The position numbers were made by a program, and so were the translations under genes. DNA of 63,229 bases, filler included, from Craspedostauros australis (Eukaryota), in NCBI GenBank assembly GCA_030167865.1. It is 13 parts of 13 records of this genome, joined end to end, with 100 filler letters (N's around TTAATTAATTAA, not from the genome) between each part and the next. Parts side by side here need not be neighbours in the genome. Positions count along the whole stretch, not along the records: positions 1 to 8,424 come from JALAGF010005218.1; positions 8,525 to 39,066 come from JALAGF010005219.1; 11 more parts are not named here. The stretch is one strand, 5' to 3'. Under the pieces are notes generated by a model. It made no database searches and had not been told where the DNA came from. It saw only the letters and a program-made list of their open reading frames with translations. Positions 1 to 12,299 of this stretch are shown piece by piece; positions within the stretch are counted from its first letter, which is position 1; the number at the start of each line of letters is the position of its first letter.

Positions 1-348
1 AAATGCTTCCTGGCAGCTCCTGACGGTCGAGCGGAGAGATACCTCGAGAACAATGGCTACTTGGATGACGAGGAGTGCGAAGAGCACCTGAACGAGATGC
101 ATGAACTGCGGATCATGGCATCCAAGGAGAACACTCAAAGTGAAGAAGCGCACGAAGAGCAGGTTCTGGATGATCGCCCATACGACGGGCAGGACGCTGA
201 TGTGATTGATGGCAACCTGCTACCTNNNNNNNNNNNNNNNNNNNNNNNNNNNNNNNNNNNNNNNNNNNNNNNNNNTCTGGATGATCGCCCATACGACGGG
301 CAGGACGCTGATGTGATTGATGGCAACCTGCTACCTTCCGATGATTGA
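1..348 (+). CDS. 3' end of an unidentified acidic ORF (partial, spans an assembly gap)
   Basis: Open frame from the window edge to TGA at 346-348. The ~60 bp on each side of the N-gap are identical (gap-overlap artefact). No recognisable motif. Confidence 0.25.
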   Translation, partial: KCFLAAPDGRAERYLENNGYLDDEECEEHLNEMHELRIMASKENTQSEEAHEEQVLDDRPYDGQDADVIDGNLLPXXXXXXXXXXXXXXXXXLDDRPYDGQDADVIDGNLLPSDD

Positions 349-659
349 TCCTGACGACCACTGCAAGTATGCTACCAGTATTATAATGGAGTCTGTAATA
401 CAATAGTCTATGTCACATTGGTAATATCAACTCGCAGCAAGGCGATATCAACAGCAGTAGCTGCGTGTTCACAGGGATTACAGGAGGAAGCTGTTGTTGG
501 TATGTATAGAGTGGTTCTAATGTTATTGGTTGCTACGATCTAGACATGCACTATGGAACCTCCATCGCTGTGCATCTACTCAATTCGCACATGTGATTGC
601 TATGTATGGTATGGTACACGATTAGAACAAAGCGTGCATCAATCCAAACCCAGCCCATT

Positions 660-1235
660 TCTCGTCAGCTGACTTCTCGGCCTTCTTTGACGACGTCTTG
701 AACATGAAATCATACGCCAGCACGGTCATGAAGGCGTTCTGCGTCGGCGTTGCAGCCAGACCATTCCCGCCCTCCACACTCTCATCGTATTATGACAGCN
801 ATTGCTTTCCCTGAACCAGGCTCCACAGCTTCTTCACCATCTTGCGCGTATGCGCTGGGTGTATCCGATCATCGTTCGTGCGGCAGAGAATAGGATTGGT
901 GGAGATTTTTGATCCTATTTGATGTTGTGATACAGCGAGGTCTACCCCATGAACATCTCCAATCGGACGTCTCCGGATCACCAAATTCGCTCGTCCAACC
1001 GGGTGTGCCATCCGACTGAGATCTCTGGACCGCTTCATGTCATGGATCGACTGTGCAATGCACTGGCCGAACAGTTCAGGAGCATCACGAAAGCATCCGC
1101 ACCACCAATCCTCCGCCGGATCCGCCGCGGATGGCCAATGTTTTGGCTTTTCATTTTTTCGACCAAATCAAATCCTCAGCAACTGCGATGAAGTCTTCGG
1201 GTGGTTTGGTGCGCTTTTCGCGCACCGCACCCTCC
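660..1235 (-). pseudogene. Prolyl oligopeptidase (peptidase S9A) C-terminal catalytic domain, decayed fragment
   Basis: Minus-strand pieces in several frames read EDFIAVAEDLI...LAIRGGSGGGLVV (nucleophile motif GGSNGG), DMKR, EFGDPE, SLYHNI, TNDDRIHPAHTRKMVKKL (Asp motif) and YDESVEGGNGLAA...AFMTVLAYDF (His motif EGGHG changed to EGGNG). Multiple stops and frameshifts. Confidence 0.75.
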
Positions 1236-1524
1236 AGCGAGACGATATTGCAGCAATTCAGACACATGGTTGGAGTGGAGTCCATCATTCGGGATGAGAG
1301 TGTGTGCGAGCAGTACCACAGAATGGGCGCAGTTTGTATCATATCATGCCATGCCAACCAATCGGACATTGATTCAATTGTGAGTATGACATGAAGTGAA
1401 GTGAGAATACAAATGGAAAAGAATATAGTCCGCGTGACCCTTCCACCGAGAAGACGTATGTAGGACCAGTACTGAAAAATCATCGTAGAACGTGTAGAAA
1501 CCCTACCAGCAAAAAACGACAACA

Positions 1525-3861
1525 ATGACGCGCACCGACGCATCCAACGACAATGGCAAAGCCAGCCCAAGACCCCCCCGCGGGCATCCAAGGACACCAG
1601 GACGATCAGGCAGAGGAGGCCGTCACAATGGTGGTGACGGCAGTACCGGGCGTGGACGAGGAGGCCGGAAACAGACCAGAGACGGAGCCAAGAAGAAAGC
1701 AACAAAAAACAACACCAAGCGCGGAGGCGTCCGCTGGATTTGGAGTCACGACCATGAGAAATCCTGGGGAGACATTCTCCTTGAACGGAATCTTTTGACT
1801 CGTGACGCCGAACCCTTCACAGCAGCCACAGGAACAGAAGGCGCACTGGACGAAACTGTCGCCCACCTCAAGGAAATGGCCAAAGACAGCACCGAGGGCG
1901 CAACTCTGGAGGAATGGCTGGACGCATTCCAGAATGCGTACGACAACAAGCTTCAACCAGACCGTAACATCAACATGGTGGAGCTGATGGTCCGATTGCT
2001 GGCGACTGCTAACATCTTTCCAAACATGTGGGAAGCAGGCACGATCAAGGCCACCCACGAGACTTCAGCGTGGGTCGCGGCGAGAATCGTTTTCATGCGA
2101 GCCAAAGGCATCGAGTTTGAGGAAGAGGAGGAGACGACAACGTCGCCCAACCCAAAGCAAAAGAAGAAACAGCGCAAGCCCAAGCGGAAAGTAGTGGCAT
2201 TCCCACGGCGGACAGCACGGCCAGTGGAACTGCTCAGCGTTAACGACGTGTTGAGCGAATTCTCCAAGACCTTCTTCGACGTGCGCCTACCCATGGCGAG
2301 AGAATCCAACGACCCAATCATCAATCAGGTTATTGCAAGCCTCAACGAAGTCCGAGCATTCATCTTCAGAGCCGATTCCAAAGCGAAGATCATCGCCTGG
2401 AGGAAGAGCAAAGAGGTGCGACCCTGGACTGCGTCCGACGTCCCATGGACCTCCCGCGAAACCATCAAGCAGTTCGTGGACAGCTTGTATGCCCGCACTG
2501 GGTTCAACACGTACACCCGGATCTGGGTGGCCCACAAGGCCGAAGCTGACGTATTCGAAGACGATGGCACTCTCCGAGCCGCAGCGATATCGTTCACCAA
2601 ATCGGAAATCCAAGAGCACAACATTGTGACCGCGGGTTGGTTGTTTGGAAGTCACAGTACCACCAACAACAACGACCTGGCAGAAGTCATCAATGAAAGT
2701 GAGGTCGTGAAAGGGAACTTCGCTGTCCAACTGCGCATGAGAGAGATCCAACTGGTGAACAAGAGAAACAGACCAAAAGACACCAGCGATTTTCGCAACC
2801 GCCCCAGAGCGACTCACGTGATGAGCGGAGCTTCCAAAACGCACATCTGCAGAGTGGCAATGAAGGAGCTCTTCAATAACCGCGCCGACACCGTACGACT
2901 ATTGGGGAAACAGATGCGATTCATGCCCGACGCTCTGGACGCACGATTCGAGCACCCACCGTCAGAGCTCGCGAACCTGAGCAAAATGGCCTCACATCAA
3001 CGAGATTTTGAGAAGTCCATGAAGGTGCAAGGGGCGCATTCAATCGTACAATTGGACGTGGAGATCCCTATCTGGAAACTGACTCTCCGTGAAGTGGTGA
3101 TGAACCTGAGGTCCTTCGAGGACCCAGATTACTCTCTATTCGTCTCAGTGGACACAGACAGGAACGATTGGACTCAGACCTTCTTCGTCTTTCACCCGAA
3201 GAGGAGAATCGAAGCCCACGAGCTGATTTCCAAGCTCCCGTTTTTCTGCTACAAAAAGTTGGACTACCGATGTCAAGGATGGTTCACTTCGCAGGCGTGG
3301 GCGCAGAACGAGCACTACGATGTCGACTGGGAGTCAGGACTCGTGCTGAGCAGGGAAGAACAAGAGATGGGACAGTTGGTGCAGGCGGGCCCAAGGTTTC
3401 TGAATCTGGATGAACATGAAGGAGCAGGCATGACTCCGGCTGAGATGGGATGGGAAGGCTATGTGGACGAGCACGGGAATATGAAACCTGTTCCGCTTCT
3501 CCACTTTGAAGTTGAGCTGAACCGCAATCCGAAGACACAGAACGGTGATAACTACACAGTCGGGACGTTCGCGACCGCGTCACCGGCACAGCAAGCTAGC
3601 CACGTGGCCCAGGCGATTTCCACAGCGGCCACCAGCAAGGCGACCAACCCGGACACATTCGCAGCAGATGCAAGTGCTAAAGCGGACTTTGACGTGGACC
3701 ACCCAAAAGCGATCATGGAAGACGACGAGGAGGAATCAGACGAAGGAACCTCAAGTGAGGAAGGCGATGCAAGCAACGCATCCAGCGACAAGTCAGGCGA
3801 CAACATGGACACAAGTTCCGAACAATCTGGAGGCGGCAAAACGGCCGCGATGGCAGTGTAA
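1525..3861 (+). CDS. LINE ORF1 protein (778 aa; RGG/basic N-terminus, acidic C-terminus)
   Basis: Intact ORF directly upstream of APE-RT. Contains an RG-rich nucleic-acid-binding-like N-terminus and the AGWLFGS and LFVSVD blocks typical of diatom LINE ORF1s. Confidence 0.75.
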   Translation: MTRTDASNDNGKASPRPPRGHPRTPGRSGRGGRHNGGDGSTGRGRGGRKQTRDGAKKKATKNNTKRGGVRWIWSHDHEKSWGDILLERNLLTRDAEPFTAATGTEGALDETVAHLKEMAKDSTEGATLEEWLDAFQNAYDNKLQPDRNINMVELMVRLLATANIFPNMWEAGTIKATHETSAWVAARIVFMRAKGIEFEEEEETTTSPNPKQKKKQRKPKRKVVAFPRRTARPVELLSVNDVLSEFSKTFFDVRLPMARESNDPIINQVIASLNEVRAFIFRADSKAKIIAWRKSKEVRPWTASDVPWTSRETIKQFVDSLYARTGFNTYTRIWVAHKAEADVFEDDGTLRAAAISFTKSEIQEHNIVTAGWLFGSHSTTNNNDLAEVINESEVVKGNFAVQLRMREIQLVNKRNRPKDTSDFRNRPRATHVMSGASKTHICRVAMKELFNNRADTVRLLGKQMRFMPDALDARFEHPPSELANLSKMASHQRDFEKSMKVQGAHSIVQLDVEIPIWKLTLREVVMNLRSFEDPDYSLFVSVDTDRNDWTQTFFVFHPKRRIEAHELISKLPFFCYKKLDYRCQGWFTSQAWAQNEHYDVDWESGLVLSREEQEMGQLVQAGPRFLNLDEHEGAGMTPAEMGWEGYVDEHGNMKPVPLLHFEVELNRNPKTQNGDNYTVGTFATASPAQQASHVAQAISTAATSKATNPDTFAADASAKADFDVDHPKAIMEDDEEESDEGTSSEEGDASNASSDKSGDNMDTSSEQSGGGKTAAMAV

Positions 3862-4283
3862 AGACCGCAATCGCCAAAGAATAGCTGCATCCGTAGCCAC
3901 TCTGACGACTCCAGGCAGGACAACAGGAATCACCGACGAGGTCATCCACAGAAACAGGGTCACTTCGCTCCAAACCACGCAACTAAGATCTGCGTCAACA
4001 ACAACCAGAAACAATACGCCGGACAGCCGGACCAGTCGCATCACCCAAGTGAGATTGAAGAGGACAGACTAAAGCAGACGTCAATAGTCTACATCAACAC
4101 AACGCGAGGGAATCCATACGATTACACGAACAAGAATCAACAGCAACAGCAACATACAAAGATAACAATAACAAATACGACACAACAACAACAAACAACA
4201 AACAACAAGGTGACTAACACCGACACAAACAAGCAACGGACAAAGCTCAGCGACAATACAAGGACACTGTACACCGATACAGT

Positions 4284-7200
4284 ATGAGCAGAACGATGCC
4301 GGCAGCGCCCCCCCGAGGACGCACACTCACAGATAATGTGAACACAGTCATGGCCAGGGAACCGGAAAGTGACGAACAAGCGAGTAGGCTAAACGATGCT
4401 CGCGGGGACACGATGGACATCAAGACGGATAAAGAGATCCGGGTGGTCTTCCAGAACGTAGCTCAGCTACCCCTCTGCGCATACCAACACAAGAATGAGG
4501 AAGTTATGACCTTCATAAGGCGATCTCAATTAGATGTCTTGGCCATGGCGGAAACCAATCTGAGATGGAACCATGTGAGGCCCCACGATCAATGGGAAGA
4601 ACGGGTGAGAGGCAAAATCAAACGGTCGAAACACGTGTTCTCCTACAACTCTCATGAGCCAGGAAGGGAACCAAGAATGTATGGAGGCACGGGAATTGTG
4701 CTTACCGAGCAGATGGCAGCGAGGACCTTCCAGTCCGGAGTAGACACAAGCGGAATGGGAAGGTGGTCTTGGTCAAAGATAGAAGGAAAAAGGAACAGCA
4801 CCGTGCGCGTGGTGGCGGCATACCGGCCGTGTAAATCCACAATAGGCGAAATCACAGTATGGAACCAACAGGTGCGAGCCTTGCATTCCCAAGGAAGGAC
4901 CGAAGACCCTCATGAAGCGTGGATAAAGGACCTACAAGAGCAAGTACGACAGTGGAGAGAAGCAGGCGAGACCATTGTAATTGGAGTCGACCTCAACGAA
5001 GACACCGACGTGGGGAACACAGCGCAAGCGCTCTACGCTGTAGGTTTAAAGAACGCGATTTCGGACAGAGTGGGCAACCTGGCGAGGTGCTCCACCCAGC
5101 AGCGGAACCAGACGAACACACCCATCGATACCATCTACGTGTCGGAAGGAGTGGAAGTGGTCCGAGCAGGAGTCATGGCGTTCGGCGCAGCCGTTCCGTC
5201 TGATCACAGAGCAGTGTGGGTGGATCTCGGCCTCAGCCAAACCCTGGGGATTGGAGTGCAGCGAGTTAAATCGGCACAACCCAGGCGGTTGGTCTTGAGC
5301 AACCCCAAGGTGGTCCAAAAGTACAACGACCTGGTTCTGGCGGAGTACGGTAAGCACCGAATCCACCAACGAGTCATGACTCTGTTCTGAAAGATTAAAG
5401 ACCAAGGGTGGGATATCACTGAGGCCCAGCAACGAACGTACGACGGGTTGCTCACACAAATCCATCAGATTCGGAAGTTCGCGGAGAAGCGGAGTCGGAA
5501 ATTATCCATGGGCGAAGTCTCGTGGTCCCCAGAGTTACAAACCGCGCGAGCACAGATCGGGTACTGGAGCCTAGAAGTGAAGCACTGGAAGGGCGTGAAG
5601 GTCAGCTCATCTCTCCGACAACGAATGAGAGTACAAGCAGGTCAGGAGACGGCCACGTCGCTGGAAACGGCAGAAACGGCAAAGGCCAACGCGTACGCAA
5701 CATACTACCGGGTGAAGAAGGAGCATCACCAGGCGCGACAACAGTACTTGGTTGAGTTGGCCAGACTGCGACATGATACTCAACACCAAGAGTATGAGAC
5801 GGCGATCAAGACCCTCATGAATCGAGAGCGCCAACGAGAGCAAGCAGGGCGACTCCGCTCCGTGTTTGGAAGAGGAAAATCCATGACCACCAAAGTACTT
5901 TTTACGGACGACGACGGCGTGGTTCAGGAATGTACAGAGCAGTGTGATATTGTGGAAGCTTGCATCACAGAGAACAAGCGACGCTTTTCGCAGGCAAAGG
6001 ATACTCCTTGCATGGATGGCCACGGTCGGCGAATCATGGACAAGATCTGGAGTCCGACGACGTCCTCGGAGATATTACAAGGAGACGTACTGGAGCAAGG
6101 CTACCAACACCCGCTCTGGCGACACCTTATGATGTCTCTGGAACCGGTGGCCTGCCTTGAGGGCGAGCTCACAGCAGACGAACACGTGAAAGCGTGGAAG
6201 AAACAGACCGAGCTGACGAATTCAGAACCGAGCGGCCCACACTTTGGCCACTACAAGTCGGCGTCCCTCGATGCAACCCTATCGGAAGTGGACATGGCCA
6301 TGCGTGAGGTCCCGTATCAGACAGGCCACTCGCCCAAAGAATGGCAGCGCATCACGGACGTGGAGATACTCAAGAAAGCACAAGTGTTCAACATCGAGAA
6401 GATGAGGACGATCCAGCTCATGGATGCGCAATTTAATCTCAACAACAAGAGACTGGGACGACAGATGATGGCGACAGCAGAAGCCAACCGATGGCTGTCC
6501 GATTACCAGTTTGGCAGCCGGAAGAAGCGATCAGCAATCAGTGCGGCACTCAACAAACGAATGAGCATCGACATCGGTCAACAACGGAAGACCCCGATTT
6601 GGTTTTGCTCTAACGATGCCAAGTCGTGTTACGACCGTATTGTCCCAAACTTTGCAGCGACGGTGATGATGGCGGCAGGCGCGAACCCGGCAGCAACCAG
6701 GTGCATGTTTCGCACTCTGAGGGATGCAAAACATCACATCAGCACCGCGTTCGGAGTTTCGGGCAGGTCCTACCAGAGCGGCCCGGACTGCAGCATGCAT
6801 GGCATCGGTCAAGGCAACGGAGCAGGTCCAGCCATCTGGGCGGTCATCAGCTCCGTGATGTTCAAGGCCATGGAACGGCTGGGACATAAACAGACAGTGG
6901 AATTTCCCAGCAGCCCCGGCGGCTTCAGTCTCCTTGGCTCGGCATTCGTGGACGACACAGACCTCGTTATGCTGGGTGGTACGGACGGACAAAGGTTCGC
7001 ACAAATGGTTCAGGACTGGAGCGGATTGCTAAGAGTCACAGGAGGAGCCATCGTCCCATCCAAGTCAGCGTGGTGGTCAATGTGTCCGCAGTTCGTCAAT
7101 GGAACATGGGAATGGCACGATGGGGACATGGAAGGAGGTGTGGTCATCACCGACGGTGAAGGGACACAGCAGGCGATTCCAAGCCGGTCCAGAGAACAGC

Positions 7201-8342
7201 CCCTCTTCACACTGGGGGTGTTCCTCTCCTTTGACGGCAAGGAAGAGTTGCAAGTCCAGGCGCTCCGGGAGAAGTCTGAGGATTTCGCAGGACGAATGCG
7301 TAGGTCTCAACTTTCCCCAGCGGATGCGAAGTCGGCTCTAACACTGAGATTTCTCAAGTCCGTGGAATACGTGATGGGAGTATCTCAGCTGACTGCGGCG
7401 CAATGGAGACGAGTCATGGCACCAGCGCTTCTCGCGGCACTGCCAAAGATGGGGTGCTCAAGGACCTTCCCCCGCGATCTGGTATACTCTCCAGTCTCCC
7501 TCGGCGGGTTAGGTATTCCCAACCCAGTACACCAACAGTTGATCAAGCAGGTGCAGCTGGTGTTCGATGAGGTGCACGGACGTACGTCCACGGGCCACAT
7601 GCTCGTGTGCTCGATCCAAGCAGTGAAAGCGGAGCTAGGGATCGGAGGATCTCTGTTCTCGTATCCCTATGAGAAGATGCACCAATGTGTAACGCCGTGC
7701 TGGGTGAAAGGCTTGTGGCGACAGATGGTCGGCACAGGAGTCAATATCATCGAAACGACGGAATCAGTGCAACTCCAGCGGGATGGCGACGGTTTCCTCA
7801 TGCAGATGTGGATCGAGTCCGGCATCAAAGGGGTAGCCCTCTATCACATGAATATGTGCAGAACAAAGCTGGGTGTGGCCAGAATGTCGGATGTCACGAC
7901 CGCAGCAGGTACGGCCCTCGCGGTTGGAGTGATGGAAGGTCACAATCCGCCAGCAGTACACCACCAGTGGGCACAGCCCCCACTGGCACTGCCCAGCGGA
8001 TGGTGGAAAGAGTGGCGGACCTGGTGCAAGAGCTTATGCTACCAAGGACGCATGCTTCGCAATTCGCTTGGGAAGTGGTACCACAACGATGGAACGTGGC
8101 AGTGGTGGATGTCCATGTTGACCCACGAGATCTTTGATACACATTCGACCCCAATGAAAGTGTTCGAGCCGCGTCGGCGACGTCGGACAAGACTAACGAC
8201 GTACAGGTGCAAAGGGACGGTGCAGGCTCTCCCGGCGCAGGTGTGCCGTGTGTCGGTATCGCTCACCGATCAAGGCTTGACTTGGGATGGACGCATCGGT
8301 CTGACCAAGGCACCCGTGGCGGCCCAGGCACCTTATGACCCA
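4284..8342 (+). pseudogene. LINE ORF2: AP-endonuclease + reverse transcriptase, with one in-frame TGA at 5388-5390
   Basis: APE motifs FQNV, AETNLRW, AAYRP, GVDLNE, IDTI, SDHRAVWVD. RT motifs NDAKSCYDRI, GIGQGNGAGP, AFVDDT. ORFs 4284..5390 and 5448..8480 share one frame separated by a single TGA. Confidence 0.9.
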
Positions 8343-8424
8343 TGTCGAGATGTACATGTGAGTATATATCAAGATGTACGTGTATATGTGCATCGTTCAC
8401 CCGCTATTCTCTCATACGCACTTG
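8343..8424 (+). mobile_element. 5' end of an LTR (TGTCGAGATG...) inserted into the LINE
   Basis: Near-identical to the reverse complement of 39306-39387. Begins with TG exactly where LINE-like coding sequence stops. Confidence 0.7.
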
Positions 8425-8468
8425 NNNNNNNNNNNNNNNNNNNNNNNNNNNNNNNNNNNNNNNNNNNN

Positions 8469-8480
8469 TTAATTAATTAA
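8469..8480. other. Artificial scaffold linker TTAATTAATTAA flanked by N runs (also at 39111, 41553, 45632, 50620, 52022, 53663, 54964, 56140, 58207, 60434, 62025)
   Basis: Identical 12-mer with stops in all six frames, always embedded in Ns. Confidence 0.97.
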
Positions 8481-8539
8481 NNNNNNNNNNNNNNNNNNNN
8501 NNNNNNNNNNNNNNNNNNNNNNNNCGATCGTATCGACGA

Positions 8540-9025
8540 GATACGGATCCAAATACGAACGGCATCCGTGTCGGAATCGGGTGTTCGAAAATTCTGCGTT
8601 TCAGTGCAAGGAGCCTTTGGGATATCCAATGCGCCCAGATTTTTCTGTCCTTCATGGGGTGGATAGATGGGGGGTATCCGGAGCTAATGTGGTGCGCAGA
8701 TTGTGAAAATGCCAGGGATGATAATGATGATCATGGGTGCTGAAGGTAGGGCAGCATGGTGCCATCGAGAATTTTTCGCACCCACCACCTGACAGACAGC
8801 AAGCCAAAACGACATTAAAAATAAAGTTCATACAAATTCAACTTCGATATTCAGAATAAACGATAGTCAAGTGTCCGGATGCACTGTCTAGCTTTAATTT
8901 TAAACGGTGTGTTGTCGAGATATAACATCACAAGCAGCTGTTTGGATGGTGTTGGATGTCCTCTATTTTAGTCTACTTTATCACGACTCATCACGAGTAA
9001 AACTCCACAACTAGTGCTATCGTGA
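8540..9025 (+). repeat. Dispersed repeat, diverged copy of 46113-47215 (opposite strand)
   Basis: Collinear shared blocks such as ATGATCATGGGTGCTGA, TCGAGAATTT, AACTTCGATATTC, CGATAGTCAAGTGT and AAAACTCCACAACT. Confidence 0.75.
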
Positions 9026-9329
9026 CCCATTCTGCATTTGGTGCAGGTCGTAGTACAAGGTATCCAACAGAGGGAGCGCGTACGTGAGAATGATGTGTGA
9101 TGATGTTGCAACATGACTCAACATCATCGTCGAGCGGAGAGCATTTGTTCTTCGCGTCCCCCATCATCGTGTTCGCCAACCCATCACATTCCGAACATCA
9201 CTTCGCGCGCGCCACAACAGAACAAGCAAACATAATTTCGCCTGTCTTGGTTGTTGTCCGGAAGAACTTTCGAAATTTTGGTGTGTGTCGAGAACTTGTT
9301 CATGTCACGAACGACATCAATATTCGTAG

Positions 9330-10060
9330 AATGGAGTTGAATTTTCATGTACTGTTGTGGCACGATCCGGAAGGGAAGGCCTAGCTGACTGCCAGATTCA
9401 GAGAATCTGATGATGCAGTTGACTAAGGGTGACCATCTGGGAAGTAGTAAATGACAATGAGCAGATGAGAGTTGTTGTGCTGATCTTGAGTTGTGCTATT
9501 GGTTATTTGAATAGTCTGCATTGTGAGTTGATCAGATTGGGATGTAGGATGAAGAAACAATGTTCAGTTGGACAGTGTGGCTTCGCACTGACCCTCAGTG
9601 GTTCAGTGCTGAGGATGGACAGGCTCCTTACTCTCTCTTGCTCTCTAGTATCTGTATTAGTGGTTCTATGTTCAAGTACAAGAGCTTGACATCTTGGTTG
9701 AGGTTGTGGTTGAGAACAAGGGATGGCAAGTGAGTGGAATTGCAGTTGGATTCCCTGCTCATGTTGAAGCAGGACAGATCTCCTTGTTGATGTCATGTAA
9801 AGGTAGTAGGTTGCTTAGCTGACAATGGAATTGAGATGGATCGTGACACAAGGATTCAAAAGAGCATATTGTTCCTGGGATGCATTGGGTCGAGTCAATT
9901 GAGTGGTTGGAGTCAGCAGTGATTTGTGAGTGGAGAAATGAGGAAAGGAGAATTTTGCTGTATTCGTAGTTGGAGGATTTGGAGCCAAAATGGCATGCCA
10001 AAACTAATTTCAAGGATCGACATCGGACACACTAAAGTGGAAAGTAGTCCGTTCTTTAGA
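9330..10060 (-). repeat. LTR-like dispersed repeat, homologous to 50790-51505
   Basis: Long collinear identity, e.g. AATCTGATCAACTCACAATGCAGACTATTCAAATAA, CCCTTCCGGATCGTG, AACGGACTACTTT. Non-coding. Confidence 0.75.
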
Positions 10061-10375
10061 AGAACTTCAACTTGCAGTCATAATCTGGTTCAAAACAAGG
10101 AGCGTATCAGCAATACACCACCCACAGCTAATCAATGGAAGACTGCCATCTGTGTGCCTGAGAACATATTCACTTCACATCCTGAGCATGCAAGCCTGTT
10201 AGAATCATTCACTAGTTTGGTTGTCAGAAATTTACTCCATTGGCACCCGCAGTGTGCCAGATGAAGACGAACGTGAGCACTGGACGCTGTCCGCACTACC
10301 ATACATACTACATTGGTGTGGAGCAGGTGTGGAAGAACCGACCGACCATGTCAGGATGCCGCTCTGTCACAACCA

Positions 10376-12160
10376 TTAAAGCAATTTCTCGTAACCTTCG
10401 TTGTTCCAAATCCACCGGTCGCCGCGCTTCTCAATACCAGTGCATCCCTTGCAGATGCGCCAGAATGCCTGCGGGATGGGGGTTGGATCGTGGAGGTAGA
10501 ACTCTGGGAAGTTCTCCTGGATAGCGTCTGTGGCAGCCTGTGCCTTGTAATGGGGGATGGTGGAATCGAAATGATGGGCGACATGCGTTGTGCCGATTTT
10601 GTGATGCAGAAAGTCGATCAAACCCCACGGGTCGAGCTTGTCGTACGGACGATCGATGGTGTGAAGTGCGCCCTTCACGAAGTTGTACTCCTGATCTTGG
10701 GAAAAGTGCGGGACGTCAGTGTCTGTGTGTTGGAGCCTGCCAATGTTCGTGTACAAGAATGTTTCAGCACGAAGTGGATTGAAAAAGCACTCGAAATTGA
10801 TAGAGGCGGAGCAAGCAGTTGCAGAGTGGTAAAGCCGAATGCGAGAATTGTGAGCTGCACAAGATGTGGCGTCGATGGTGATGGTCACAGCAAGTTGAAG
10901 AAGAGGAACATCGCATCCGCCTGCGCGCAATCATCCATCCATCCAGCTATCCACCTTTGGACATGCAATGACACGAGTGCAATTGGATCTAGCCCTGATG
11001 AAGTTGCAACCACAGACAAGCACGTACGCACGCACACGCTGGCCCATTGCTGTAGTTTGCACGTACCAGGTATATAGCACCAACCACGCATTGACGACGA
11101 TGAGTGGACCACCGTACAGCGCCATGACCTGCGGCAGGCCGTTGCACAAGGCCCACACGCCGGCTCCTGCGATCGCGGCAGCAACTCCAATGTCGCTCTT
11201 GAAAACCTTGGCCTTCCAATTTCCGGGGAAGAGTTCTTTCATCGGTTGGTTCGGCGCCGTCAATGGATCCGGCCAGAAATGGTTTGTCATACCACGGTCG
11301 ATGCCGCCCGTGGCGCCGATTGCGAGGTAGGCCGGCCATCCGACGATGAGGTGCAGGAATGCCTGCAGGGATCCCCACGCGCGCACTCCCGGCTTCTCGC
11401 CCAGCGTTTTGACCATGTTCGCGCGCAGCTGCATGGAGCCTTCGTCTTCGCCTTCGTACTTTTCGGGCACGTGCGTCTCGCCCAACTCGAGATGGTTCGT
11501 GTACTGGTGATGGACGGCATGCGATCGCTGCCACGAGTAATACGGCACCAGGAACAAGGAATGCAGGACGTATCCCACCGTGTCCTGAATCGTCTTGTTC
11601 TTGGAGAATGCGCCGTGGCCACATTCATGCGCCAGGACCCACAGTCCCATGGCGACCGTCCCCGTCACGATTGAATATGCCGTCCAGATTGGGAGGGTGA
11701 GGAAGTTCTCTGGCGGTGCAATCGACAGCAGGTTGGCTCCGAACCACGTGCACAGCGCCGTGCCGATCAAGGACACGCTGAGGTATCCCAGCGAACGCGC
11801 CGTCTCTGGTTCGTAGCAGTCCTTCGGAATGATGGCGCGCACGTCACGCGCATCTGGAAAGTCTTCGTGGTCCCATGCCAGCGCTTTTCCATTGAGACCG
11901 GAGAACACGACGCCGGTGAGGTCCATCTTGATGGTCTTCTCCTTCTGCTGCGGATCCTCACTGTTGTTGTTGTTGCTGCTGTTGTTGTCATTGCCGCCCG
12001 TTGGTGCGGATGTTGTCACTGGATCAAGGGCCACCGCATTCAATCGATGGTAGCTATTGCTGCTGCTGCCACTCATCTGGGATGGCACAACGAATGCCGA
12101 TGCGTTCGGCATGCTGGCTGCCGCAGCAATCGCTGCAACCGCTGTGATTGAGAATCTCAT
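10376..12160 (-). CDS. FAD6: Plastid delta-12 (omega-6) fatty acid desaturase; join complement(10376..10736,11067..12160), ~484 aa
   Basis: His boxes HECGH, HAVHH, HVAHH. Signal peptide plus NASA-F plastid motif. A GT-AG intron at 10737-11066 restores LYTW|LQHTD in frame. Closely resembles the diatom plastidial delta-12 desaturase. Confidence 0.9.
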
Positions 12161-12299
12161 CTTGGTGCAGTACGGTATTCTCGGTGTTCTTCCTCTTGTT
12201 CTTATGCTTGTTCTGCAGGAGAATGAGGAGAGTTGTGACATGTGCGTGTATTGTGGTTGTCGCCTTTTCTGCCTTGTTGTGGTGACCCTCGGCAAGGGT

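Larger units (their letters stand above)
1390..8342 (+). mobile_element. Non-LTR retrotransposon (LINE), Ambal-like diatom clade; 3' part interrupted by an LTR and the scaffold end
   Basis: Long ORF1 followed by an A/C-rich spacer and APE+RT ORF2. The 5' boundary is approximate. Confidence 0.85.

Noticed and set aside
166..335. Direct repeats on both sides of ~50-N gaps (also ~44590/44708, 45831/45960, 52972/53144, 53742/54013, 57370/57736, 61101/61182)
   Set aside because: Systematically centred on gaps; these are unmerged overlapping contig ends or haplotypes, not biological tandem duplications.
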